DNA of 64,000 bases, from positions 4,434,485 to 4,498,484 of the forward strand of contig NC_134027.1 in assembly GCF_964204645.1 (NCBI RefSeq), read 5' to 3'. A program made the position numbers and the translations under genes. The stretch's first letter is position 1; each line of letters begins with the position of its first letter. Shown in pieces: positions 1 to 13,600 of this stretch. The notes beneath the pieces were generated by a model. The model made no database searches and was not told the DNA's origin. It was given only the letters and a program-made list of their open reading frames with translations. The stretch is from Tubulanus polymorphus. Its lineage: Eukaryota > Animalia > Nemertea.

Positions 1-177
1 GATTAGCTGTTGTAAAAGGAAAGAAAATCTAACGGTAAAAAGGGCTTTTCTGCGCTATCATCCAATCACCAACAAGACATGTGATTTGGAACATTCAAAC
101 TGTCCTGATTGGAACAGCATTTACTTGAATATATTATGTGTAAAGCAGTAGCAGTAAGACTTACTGAGATGGTGCAT
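1..177 (-). CDS. Possible first coding micro-exon (177-165) and intron (164-7) of an unidentified gene running off the left edge
   Basis: gaaacATG CAC CAT CTC A|gtaagt ... ttttctttccttttacaacag|CTAATC; strong donor and acceptor, no recognisable protein. Confidence 0.3.
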
Positions 178-496
178 GTTTCTAAATTTCTTAAACCAAT
201 TCTGAAAAATTTGTGTTTCTTATTTCACAAGGTCGGGTAGTCAAAGTTTCATCGTAGATTCTCCACTCCGCTGAAGGTATATATTTCGAGTGACTCTTGC
301 CAAATTTGCTGATCTTGAAGATTTGGTCTATATATAAAAAATCGCTTGTGTCAGAAATGCTTGAATTGAATATCCTTTTACTGATAGTTTTCGTCGTATT
401 ACACGGTGACCGACCCATACGTCTTTAAAGCAGTCCGTTTCCAGTCTTTCCATTCAACGAACAAAACACGAGGACAAGCAAATTAGATTCATACAT

Positions 497-502
497 TTTA
501 TT
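497..502 (-). terminator. Probable polyadenylation signal of CBFB (AATAAA)
   Basis: tttatt on + strand about 1.08 kb past the stop codon, at the end of an AT-rich UTR-like tract. Confidence 0.55.
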
Positions 503-1585
503 CGTATATATATATAATTGGCAAAATTTCAGTTGAGATTAATCTTCTTTCAACATTCAATAGCATTCTTTTTACAAATAAATATCTATAAGACCAGTTT
601 ACATATTTGATACAAATTATATACACATTCAACTTGATTGGCACATTATATTCATCGGACACACACCACCCTCCCCATGATCTGCGAAGAAACCGCTTGA
701 TAACTTAGTAATTTAGATCAGATATGAATATGCTAAGCACAGGTTATTAAAAAATATCATAATAGTAAGTTTTTTGAAAAAAATCTGCAAACGATGTACC
801 TAAGTTCTACCGTCAATCGATAGGTGGCAGAAAGCGCAGAATTCAAATCTTGATTATGACTAGATGAAATCAAGAGTTATCTTATATATCCTGTTCGTAG
901 CATTTCAACATCCCTTAATGAACACTCACTAAATCTAAATAAATCTGAATTTAAAAAATCTGACAAAAGCAATTTTGCCGAATCAATGCCGATTGAATTT
1001 AGTGGTTTATCGAATTGTCAACAGATTTCGAAATAGAACATTTTGAAAAAAAACCTGTTATATGCAAGTGAACTCGTTCAATTCATCAATTTCTATTATT
1101 TGAGTTTCGGTGAACTAGTGAATCTACGAGATTTTGGAGCTCAAAAATGAAGACGAATTTTACGACGCATGATTTGTAACTAAATTGGACAATGTGAAGT
1201 GATTGATTCAAAACTGAGTTTCAAATCCTAATCATGTAAGTGATTTACTTGAATTTCATCATAAACATCTGAATTTTCTTTATTTACACTTTTTACATGA
1301 AATGCACTGGGTTCGCCTCTACCGACCATACGTGGAGTTTTTCTTGACTGTATTTTTTTGAATTAATAAGAAAGTCTTTGTGTAGTTTAGTGATTCAATA
1401 CAGGATCCAAAGGCTGAATTCAGACGTTCAACTGGACTGAGTCACAATTCTTTGTTTTTCTTGAGATACACGGAGGGTGAAGAAACTACTGTGAGGGCTA
1501 CCGGACTTTGTACGAACGACAACGATTATTCCGGAAGTCTGATTTAGCAGCGCCCTCTATCAGATGAAGGACGTTTATGGCTGGA

Positions 1586-1642
1586 TCAATGACCATCGCT
1601 ACTCGTCCCGCTCGGACTTGGTTCTGCTAATTTCCTTCTCAC
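1586..1642 (-). CDS. CBFB: CBF-beta distal terminal exon
   Basis: ttacag|VRRKLAEPSPSGTSSDGH*; resembles the vertebrate RRQQDPSPGS-type tail; followed by an AT-rich 3'UTR-like stretch. Confidence 0.75.
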   Translation of the reverse strand: MRRKLAEPSPSGTSSDGH

Positions 1643-4600
1643 CTGTAACGATAAAGAATAGAGAATATGTTAGGATTTTCGTTGTTTAGAGCCCGACATT
1701 AAAAACCCTTTGTGACTCAAAATTGATATGAATCTATAATAAAAGTTAACACCCAAAGCACCTACGCAAACATTGTACGTAAAAGGTTGGGAGCAGGAAT
1801 CTAAGATGGTTTAATTGGTTTCATAAATGGATATTGATCAAATGAGTTCTATCTATATCCAGAACGCAGAACTTGCATATCATAGCAGTTATTCGTCATT
1901 CATATAAGTGACATTTGTCTCGAACTCGAGTGGGTCATCCATCAAAATAGCACCGTCTCAAGAGCCGTATATGCCTCCCGGGGTCAACTCCCAGTTCACA
2001 GGAAGCAATCTCACCTTTAAGTTAAACGCGGAACAAAGCATTTCACCTTTTGGAATTTAATTTTTGACCAATGAAAAGGATATGTATCCAAGTGAGCGCA
2101 TAAAACATGCTTAAGGTGTGACCTTTTTGCAAATTACACTTCATAAATCACCCGTTTAACCGACTTTCACCCACCCCTCAGTGTTTTCAAAAATGAATAA
2201 TTTATGAAATTAATTTTTAGTCAAAGCTGTCGTCACTTGATGTAGAATTTCAATACGTCTTTGGGCGTGAAACTGTAAGTTTTAAGTTAAGTTTTATTGA
2301 TGAAACTCAAATGACTGAAATTCCAAATAGAGCTCCAAAAAATATGAAACCATTTTGAAAAACTGATTAATGATTTCATTTCAATCTGGTTTCTAAACAT
2401 GCGGTTTTACGGTGTGAGTGTGAAATAAGATACTGATGATTGCAGAAAATAAATCAGCCAGGCGTCTCAGAACAATTAATAATAACATACATGCGAACCA
2501 AGAAACAAACGTTCCTTCAATATTTCATGATTTTTTCTAAGACGAAACAAAGAACGCACGTTCGAAACCAGAAGGAAATAAATCTTCAAACAAAACTTTC
2601 AAATTAATCACTGATATTTCACTTTGTTAGGAAATTAGAGTGTTGTCAAAATTGGTTTTCGCTGGGGCCTTAGGAAACGGGAGGCCTTTCACTGGTCACA
2701 GGCGCAGTGTTTTATCTGTGGATAACACACAAAGACCCCCTGCAGAGAGGGCGACTGGTATATGAGATGGTAGCAGTGGGTTTAATTCGGTGGCCAGAGC
2801 GCAGTTACTTCCTTCCAGGCTCACAGGAAATGATCGTCGCCACAACATGTAATTAGGAAAACCTTAGTTTTGGAAATCAAACTGTGGATGCAAGACCATA
2901 ATTACACGGTATTGTTATTTCGAGGTTTAAACGAAAACTAAATTTTTGTAGTGTTGAGAGACGAAGATCCTAAAAACATCGCTCTGACATTCAAGCATTA
3001 AAGTTGTATTGAGTTAAGAGATGGAGGTAAGACGTCTGTGACACTCGCTGCTGCGTTCAGTCCCATCATTTATTATCATTTTTAGCTCAATTAGAATTCA
3101 ATCGAAACACATTAAAATCTGCTTCAAACAAAATACAAAGATTCAATGTCGGGTCACAGCGCACCGTTTTATGAATATCTGAACACAGCGCATCTATATC
3201 AATAGAAATTGTTCCGAACAAAAGAAACCAGCTGTCTTCTTAAATGAACACAATAGCACCTTGTCATCTGATACGGAAAATATTTCAAAAGTTTCTTTTT
3301 CGGCTAACCGTAAAGACGCTGCGTTGAACCGCAAGCACATTACCCCGACACAAACCGGGTTATAGCTAATCTCAGAGATGTCTCATCCTGCTCCACGAAA
3401 TCATCAGCGTGTGAAAAATCCACGAGGACTAAATTCCACACGCGTTCACCGGAGCACCAATATGCTGCGTATTGCCACTTAACAATATAAATCAGCAAAT
3501 AATTACGAACGAATTTATCAACGATAAGAACTGGATGAAGCAGTTGACAAAATATTGGAGAGATGACATCGACAAATGGATGACCAGGTCAACTAATGAT
3601 AAGGACAAGTTCAGCAAATACGATCCGGCAAAAGAACGAGTCCTATGAAATCTGTTCATCTTAAACACTGGGCACATAGGGCAGCTTCTTTAAGCCAGCA
3701 GAAAGAATTCATAGAACCACATAGGCTACATTAAACCACCAAGATGTCCAAATTATCAACAACTCATAGAATTATGGACATTTTTGCCAACTGTTTTCAA
3801 CCTGAAATCATTGACATGTAGAAGTGTGGCATATGGGACAAACACGAGGTTTGCGTGTACTGCGGTACTGATAATCCAAATCGGAATTCCACACCGCCTC
3901 GTCCACACGTGCCAGAGATGAATTTCCAAACTTTACCATTATTTCCGGCACAAGTATATGTTGATTTTACGACAACGCATGTCTTTAAAAGTCACTCGCC
4001 CTTTCAGACAGGAGATGACGAATTATGTAATGTATTCCACGGGGCAGCATGCACTCCATATGCCAACTTTATCTGCTGTAGAAAAGCTTTCATCCGCAAA
4101 ATTATTGCACTATTACAGCGTAAATGATTTATTGAATACAAAACATTATTTCAAACTTCCGCGTCTGATTTTCCAAATACAGCATCATTTTTTTGTACCC
4201 GTCCGTGAGTCATTTTAAAGCCTCTAACAAATTGTGAACTATCATGCAACTTTTTTAAGACTAAGACAGTAAACGGATCGATCTAAAAATATGAGGGAAT
4301 ATTCTTTTCTAAAATCTAGGGACCAGAGAGATTGACACTCAGTAACCCTCTTATCGAACGGTAGTTGAATTGATGACAGATGGAAAATAAAGCTATAAAT
4401 CTCAGCCAAACTTCGACAAGCAATCTACGGAAAACACTTAGTTAAGCAGTAATGACTTGGTCGTTGTTGTCCATCTATGGCTCGACTGTGTCATTATTAC
4501 TTTTTACATCAGTGAACGACCTGTTCAAGTATCACAAGAGGGCTCTATAAAACATTCATGTAGCCTCTTATTTACCAATCAAACTCAGTTAACGCGCGCT

Positions 4601-7600
4601 GATAACTGCCATAAACACGAGTTTAACGACTAACTATTTCCCTCCAGTAAATGAGTGTTTTAAGAAGAGACAGTATGTCCAGGTTTCAGACGTCGCTGGC
4701 ATTGTGCCGAGAAAGAATATGGAACTTTTCTACAAAATAACTTTCTCCCATGGTTAATCATAAGCCATTGTCTACATGACAATTCAATAGCCATGTATAC
4801 CACCGATTCAAACAAGGAGAGATTCAACTAGAAAAGAAATCGGATTGAACGAAAGATAATGATGACACTTCGGTAACAAAAGCACGGGACACGAATTACG
4901 CATTAGGACCATATTTGCTTTTTGAAATCGTTTCAGCGAAGGTCACGTTTTTGCCGTGTTGCTATTCACACGCAATCTGGTTGATTCATTACAACCTCAA
5001 TCTATGTTCGGGTTTATTGACTATGTATCAACCCTCACCAACCATGCGATCGTCGTATATATCATAGCCCGATTTTAGCTGTCACGAAGACCACACCGGT
5101 GATTTATTTATGAAGACAGATGGTAAAAAGCGCCTTTGGAAAGAATTCCGATCGAACAGCGTATCAAATCATGCAGGGCTCTTGAATTCCGTACAACCAC
5201 ACCGTTAATTATAACAAGCAAAAAATCATCGAACTATCGATTCTAATCCATTTTAGATTGTACAGTTTGGTCTATTGCGCTTCGATTCCCGCGTACACTA
5301 TATCTGGAATAATTCAGATCTTAAAGGAAAGTTGTTTGGACGCAGTGCAAATTGCTAAAACCAAATAACTAAATTATTTCATCAAGCAGACAAGACTACA
5401 ATGAGAATATTGTAGGAGAAAGTTTGATGGGAAATCGCCCGAGAAAAGTGATAATCACATGTGACAACGTCTTTCCGTCGTCCCTTGTAATCAACGCAAG
5501 TCTTTCATCTTCGAAGACACCAAGTTATTGTCAATACGGAACCCATCCGTTTCACCAGTGGCGATATTTACGTGAAAGTTTGCGGCTTTGTGGTCGTAAT
5601 ATCGGCGAATCTGATTATAATTCCACATCAAACGAGCAAGAACAAGCTGTTATACGAGAAATCAAACGATTTCAGACAATAGTTAACAAGTTACGAGATT
5701 CACCCTGCGAGACACCGATTAACTCAATATGGGACATTACGAAATTACGACGGCTCGGCCGAGTCACGATATATAACTAGAAACGCTATAGATTGAAGCA
5801 GTCGAGAGCTCACGAAGTGACGATTACTGTTCCTAGCAACATTCAAGAAGAACTTCTAGAATAATGCGAGCACAACATTAAGCTACCAGTGCATATCTTT
5901 CCATCCGTCGCTACAATTACCAAAAGTCTAATGAAGTATAGAAATTAAAGAGCGTAACGTAGTTAAGACATGGCGCCGCCCAGGGCCGAACTTGGTTTCC
6001 ATACGAGTATATGATTGAATTTATGCAAATAACTGTCTAATTCTCCAGAAGATGGGTATCGAAAATGTTGCACTTGTCGCGTTAAAGCTCAAGGGCACAG
6101 ATAAAATCATGCGAACATAGATTGTATCGTTGATTTTATAGCCGATGATGATCACGAGAAAACTGTAAACTAAAAACTATGAACTATGACACTTCGGAAA
6201 CAGATTTTCCAGCGAGGTGCAAACAAAAGATGCTTCAATTAGATTTGTTTTCAAACTGAAGCCTTATACATTTCTGAGATCAAGTTTTCCATTGAATATT
6301 TCTATGTCTTCTTCGCTACTCTTAGAAATCAAGCAGGAAGTATTTAAAAGGGCTTACATATGTTTTTAAATGATATTATATGTATATAAATATATATATG
6401 TTTATGATTTCCCTAGAAACGGTGGAATTAAGTACCGGGTAATGATAGAATAAAATCGCATGACTAGGTTGAGGATAAGTTAGAATGTTTGGATATTGCC
6501 TGTGGCTTCTGCGAATATTGACTGTTGACTTAATTCCAGCTTTCATAATGATTGCAGATAAAGATCTATATGAATATCCCAAAACGGGGAATAACGTAAT
6601 GGGGGAAAAAGTAAATACTGAAATTATCGGCCCAGTCATTTATTTATTCTAACACTTTGTGTTTGTCATATTGTACAACGTTTCGCGAATGAATTTTCAA
6701 AAAAGTGCACTGATTAAATGGGTATTGGACTTGGCGCGATGGTCAGGTCTAATAACTATGAATTCAGCACTGATCAATGAAAACTGTCGACTCGATCTAA
6801 GGCGGGCCGTCGGGCGCACGTCGATACCGGAGTTTGCAAGCTCCCTGGCCACAAAGTGATTAATTTTCGAAAACCATCTGTTACGACGAGATGAGAAATT
6901 GGCGACCCAATATGGAAATTGCGGAAATCTTAGCAGAATCTTCGGTATCTGAGCGCCAGAACGTTGCCGATCTCAAGTGCTTTTCACAGGGATACAAATA
7001 ACGCATTTGCGTCTGTGCGGTAGCGATGAGCGTGTCATCACAATGCCTCGGTCAAGCTTGAATGCATGAATTTTCGCTCGAATCGCGACTTTGTATGGAG
7101 CGCCGATACTAATTTGTTTCTTGTGGCTTGCCTAATATGAGCCACGTGGACACTATCAAACAACATTAACATCATTTTCGAGTACATAAACCGCGCCGCA
7201 TAAAAAATTTCTGCTTGGCTAATTTGCGATCGCTTTCGATGAATGCGGTTTTAAAAGTTCATCGTCGCGCCCTTTTCCACACATGCAAATTTTTGTCATC
7301 GTATTCGCTATATAGAAATAACAGCCGCATTGTCGTCCAGACAAAAACCCGGCTGATTAATGCATAGCATCAATTTTGGCGGAAACCCGTTTTTAAAGTT
7401 AGGGTTACTTATCAGTACTATCCATCTTCATTTGACAAATAACGAATAGAGATTCGTTCATTTCGACAAAATGAAATTGAAAGATGCTTTAACATTACAC
7501 TAGTGATTAGCGCAATAAATCCAACGTGGTGACACTTTTATTAAAAGTAACTTCCTCAATTATTTAACAACCTGTCCTGTTCTTTTCAAACCGTAAACCC

Positions 7601-10600
7601 GCATCACGGCGGCAAGAGATATAATGCTCATAGTTACTTTGATTTTGTCATAATCTTGCGAAAAAGGAGATGACCATCAATTAAGTTGGCATGAATACAA
7701 CGATTTTTGTGATAAAGCGCGTTAAGTTGGTGAAATAATGATTAATTTGCGTATATGAAAATCTGCTTTCGGTGTTTCAGTCAAAATGTCATATGAAAAT
7801 TGACGTGCGACCAAATGACTGGGATCCATCAAACTTAACCGAAGTGAAAAATGAATGACCAAAGTGAAAAAATGGCTAAAATCTAGGTCGTAAAAAAACT
7901 AATCAACCACAATGTCATCGTCTTCGGGATCCTTAATGAAACCGCAATAGCAGTGCGGAAGAGCCCGCATGGTACGGTGCAAGCCCTGGCCAGAGCCACG
8001 TGACCTATCAGTTGATAAATGGGCCTTGGCGTTGTCCAGCACGTGGTGGCTATAACGCGCTTCATAAAACCTTCATCCACTAATGGCTACTTAATTATTT
8101 TCGGAGGCACAAGATTAGCTTTAAACGAGGCCCAACATGACACACTCGACCAAGGGTACAGTGTAATCCGCATAAATATTCAATCAGATGACTCAAAAAA
8201 CTGACAGCTCTTTCAAAGGTTTCTAAGGCGAACTATCATTTGTCGGCTGCCCGAACATCACCGCAGTCACGATGACAAACATGTAACTGAGTACTTAAAT
8301 CGGCCGGACACAATTCTATCGAGAGCATCTTCAATTGAAACTAGATTTATGAGACAAGAACAGAGAAAACACATTTCAAAACTGAATTCAAACGCAGTTA
8401 GATTTATTTTTACCTATGCTTCGTGACAGAGTTGTGGAACCCATCGAATATTTTCGAAAGCGAGGTTGCCAGATCGGATCCTCGCAATTCATCAACCGAG
8501 ATAGGGGTTTCAAAAATATTAGGTAGTTTTTTTTTATCTGTCAATTAGCTCTTAAAATAGACCGCTCTTAAAGACCGCTTAGAATATATTGAAATAGATC
8601 GGAAAACCGATATCACAGAAGAAACATGATTTGTTTCGATGATGACTTTGAATGATTATTATTTCTTTATGAGAAATTTATGATAAATGCCCGTTTTAAA
8701 GACGAACACGTGATCGTTTCCCATCCATTGAACTTCTTCAACCAATCACCAAAATGGACATTCGTGAAATTCGATACGGCGAAAAAACCTCCTTACAAGA
8801 TAATAGACGCGCATCCCGCAAAATAATCGTAAGGCATATGTCACAGCCATTACGGATATTTGCTCCCCATTGAAAAACCACCACCTCTTGGGAACGGGCA
8901 AACAGAACGGCGGTGCTAATTTTTTGCCCACTCAACTAAATTATCTTATATTTCCCGTGTCGGTGTTGATTAAAACAATATCGCATTATCGACAGAAAAC
9001 CACGTGGAATTGCTGCCCGCAAACGTGAAACATAACCTCATGATCGGTGATTATTACGCATGGCGTCCAAAACGGCGGGATGCAAACTTCGATTGGTTAA
9101 ATTAGATCTTCTGTGATTGAATTACGGCGTGGTGCTCGCTCAGATGACATCGTTCTGTTGCTGGTGATAATATTTGCTGTGTCTTTCTCTCGGACAATAT
9201 GCGTTTTCTCGTTGTTCAGTCAGTCGTTGCTGTACCGTAATTAGTAAAAGGTGAAGCAGGTATGAGGTCCACTTATGGTGCAATGTCTGATAACGCGATG
9301 CCGAACATCAATCGCATCAGAGGAATCAGAACAAAATCGAGATGACATGACCTTGAAAACTACAGAAACCACAAAAATTTTCTATTTAGTGCTCGTTTTA
9401 TCCCGGGCTTTTAATAAGCAAGAGAAATTTTCCACGGCCACTTAGAAATTAGTTCATTACTCGTGGGACATTGGTCATGGCGGTATCCGTGGTTTACCCT
9501 TCACGCCGATATCATCACGAAAGAACCACTAAGCCTTGAACCGCGTTTTTATTTGCACAATGGAATTGTCCGTGTTTTCCAGCGATTTTGGTCATCTGCC
9601 TCACGCTCATTATAACAATATCAAGGCGAAAGAATTGTTTGTCAACGCTGACCAAAAATGAATACGCTTTTTATCTGCCAGGGTCTGTCCATAATTTCAA
9701 GTGGTCATTGTGAGACTTCATTCGGATACGTTGTTAGTCGATATTCATTCATCTGACCTCTCGATCAATGTCCGACGGATATTTTCATCGTCATGAAATA
9801 TGTTTGATCGAATCAATACAACTCATAGCGCTAGCCCGGTCTCATTCGGTGAATGAGCTTAAACCGGGCCACCTGCGACAAAAGATTCTGCGTAGCTATT
9901 CATACGGGTTTTGCATCTTTTCAACGCGAACACGTTTTTTGCTATCTTGAGAGTCTGAATGACACACGTAGTTGACGGTTACAATATTTGATTTTTTGCA
10001 ATATTACATTACCAATAATCTAATATGAATGAAACCAGTCCGGGCTCGAGTGAAACCCCGCAGTCTTCATTTTATTGCCAATAATTGACAAAAATCTTGA
10101 CTATGTTGGGGAAATCTCGGGGGTCCAGGCAGGAGGTGTGCCGAACGTATAACTTTAATTCTTCATCGCAGTTATTATTTACGGTGACTACAATGCATCG
10201 CTTAATTGTGCGCGATCTGCGTTAATTCTTCATCAATGATAGATGCTATAAGAATTCTCGGATTACCGTTACTGAGCAAAATATAGCGCACATTCTAAAC
10301 AGCAGGTTTCATTCTTTCAGCTAAATGTCGCTTCCCACTTAAAACAAATTGAGAACACCATTATTGCGTTCTATACAATAGACACACAATTCCAATCTCA
10401 ATTCCATACAGAATCGGTAACAAACAGAGAGGCGGATTATTTGAAAAATTGAATTTTTGATATTTTCACGTTCGAAGAATGGAAAGGACAATAATTGCCA
10501 TTAGTAGAGTTTGACAAAAAAAACTGATGCAAGACATCGGGAATTATGTACGAAATAAAGGATTTATCGCGAAAATACGTAGCGGACATCACCAGGGGTC

Positions 10601-13600
10601 TGAAAGAATCATAATGGAAACAGTGACTAAATTTAACATTTTCCACACAATATTTTAACAAATTGATCGGTTGTTTCATTTCCTATTCAAATATACTAGT
10701 AACATCCTACGGCATATTTTTTCCGAGGTGTCGTCGTGATTCAGTTGATTACAATTCTCCCGTGGCTCGCGCAGCAATAACAATATAAAAGCTCGCGGAA
10801 TCGATGAATATTTTAGTTCGTCTGACATGTAATATTATACACCGCTAAATGTAGATACGTAGTTTCAATCCATGAAAAAAAATCACTGTTGATTCAGATG
10901 CTGGAAACAGTAGAACCACGGCTGATTTCTAATTGAAACACCTGTTAATACTAACTCGAATAATGTTTGAATTTAGAGAATTGTTTGAATCAGATGCTTT
11001 CACCTAACAGTGAATCCAATACACTTTTATTTGCTAATTGATTTCATTAATTGATACGTCGAGTTTAGTGCATTATAGTTCAACCCGACCCACACGCAAA
11101 ATATGTCTCCTGAAACAAACACGCCATTCTGTTACTGATGCGCACGCTTGCCGAATAAAAAACCCTGTAATTTTTGTCCATGAATAGGAACGTGAGGCAT
11201 TGTAGACGCGATTCTAAATGACCCCGAAATTGGCACTTTCCGTCGAAACCGATGCTAGGTATTCAAACATTCTTACAATAAGATATTCCGGTTTCAATGC
11301 TCAGACCAACGGCCGTATTGAAACAAGCTTTACGTCATCTTTTGAATTCGTCAAAACTATAAATGTATTAAGCTTAATTTCATACGACTATTATCTAGCC
11401 AATCTTTGTAGACCTTTGCTCAGCGACAATATTGTGAACCGTAACTAACTTGTCCGATACAATGGACAACAAACGTATTCACATGAAAACGTACTAGCAA
11501 CACGTTAAATCTGAAATCGGATGTCGAAATGTGATACAAATGAATAAAAATGCTCCTCCGTACTTGTAATTCTATCTTCGAAACGTTGGTCGACGCGGAA
11601 AGAAGCGGGATTTGTTTTTCAACCAGGTGCACATTTTATGTGGAAGGGCACACAGCTCAACGTGGAAGGGCACACAGCTCAATGTGGAAAAGCACACAGC
11701 TCAAGGTAATTAGTGAAAAATACAATAGTCATTTACGAAATCACTATCAGAGATTGGCGCACACAGAAAAAAAAACGTCATAAAGTTTAAAACCGATGAA
11801 CGGTGTTTGTGCAAGTGCTACTGGCTCTGAACCTTAAATGCCATTGTATCATTTGGTTCGTGCCCGGTTTTGAACGTGTCTCATTCATGCATATCCCGAT
11901 TATCCAGCTGAACCAGCACTTCGTTTATTTTTTGTGGCCCGCAGACCATGCAGAAGACAAACAATATTAGATTTGATACGACACAAGAAATTTTTTCTTG
12001 CCCTGAGCGGCCAGTGCAGTATTACATTTCCGCATCCCGGGACAGACAACTCGTTTAAGACTTTGAGTGCGGTTTCTCACAAACGACTTAACTAAACCTA
12101 ATTTCCTTAACTCTACATGATGTTAATCTTCAATTACCGTCTTCGCGATCGAGATTCCTATTGTGGTTCTGATAATCCTGTTAGTGGCTGAAAGTTGGTC
12201 CATACAGCGTGTGTTAATTTGGATAAAACCGCGGCATGATTCCTCATTTCAAAGGTCGTTTCTGACATCATGTAAAATTCTCCACTTTCCTCCAAAACGT
12301 TTCAAAAGATTTTTTGTCTTGATGCAACATTAATCTTGTAGAGGTGATAAAGTTCATTTGAAACGGTCATTGAAATGTATAACACGTACAATTTTCATCA
12401 TTGATTGCAGCGAATTGAAGTGCAATCGTGTACTCAGAGGTTAATTCATTTGGGCATCATCTTTGATGATACTCAGAACAAACTTGAGCCGGCATAAATA
12501 ATATTGTGAAAAGATGTATCAATATGCACTTAATGGCTCGTTGGTGTCGATAGAAAATGAGGCAGATTGCAAAAGATACAGAGTCGAGGGCTCATTCATA
12601 TATTATTCACGAATTCGCTATCGTCGTCGATTCAGAAAAAAAGTTGTAAAGTTACAGCTGTATAAAGCGTTCTGTGAGAGTTGTGCTGTGATATTGGTCG
12701 CACAATAGTAGTTATCATCCAATCAGAATTTACATCAAGAGGAATTTCAGCGACAATAAGCATGCGCGACCGTGTGAATACAACACCTGACGAAAAATAA
12801 AGAAATCGCATCTTCACGCATCTAAACCCGATCTGACCTCCAAAATGGTCGTAGATTGACCCATCACCTAAGCTCTGTTGATTCTGTGGCACGCCCGCGT
12901 ATTGTTTCGCAAGTAAAATCGGGTATTGTCCAATATATATTCTATTGGGTCTATTAAATCGATCTGGACTGAGATAAAACTAAAACCCCCGTAGTTACTT
13001 TTTTCTAGTTCCTCCACAAAAAAAATCGACGTCGCGATGCCGCGGGATGTATTCGAGCATGTGAATTGGCAATATGACCGAATCCGGAGGATTATTGATA
13101 GTTTAATCGCTTGAAAATGCCCGTTGTCTTTTTTGTTTGCTATAATGGACGCTTAGCCACGGGGCAATCGTCCCACTCACGCGCAGGTTTCGGTTAAAAA
13201 ATACACTTCCTTCGTTTAAATCGCTAGCGGTTTTTTAAACCACCTCCGCACGAGATCTTCAAGATTCTGGTTCGCGACTCGTCGTAATGAAGACCGACTA
13301 AGACAAAAGCGACGCGAGTTTACTACCAAGGGTTGGTGTGCGTGCATTGATTCCTTACTACTGTGAAATACACATCCGCTTATATTCTTTTTTCAAATTC
13401 ATGATTTTTTACATTTTTCGATGAATCGCTAAATATCTTATCAAATCACTGATAACTACTTATCAATTTCCTCGCAAGCAACATTCTATTTCTTAAAGCG
13501 GCGATAAAACCAGCGTCTTCGTTATTTCTCATCGTCCCGTTGCACCTGGCTTTGATTTATATTCGGTCAAAATTTGGTCACAGAAAAAAAGCAAGTGTGC

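Noticed and set aside
5424-5780. 118-aa plus-strand ORF nested in CBFB intron 5
   Set aside because: No recognisable domain or splice support; length compatible with chance
11638-11703. CRISPR-like short repeats
   Set aside because: Head-to-tail tandem copies with no spacers, no cas genes, eukaryotic context
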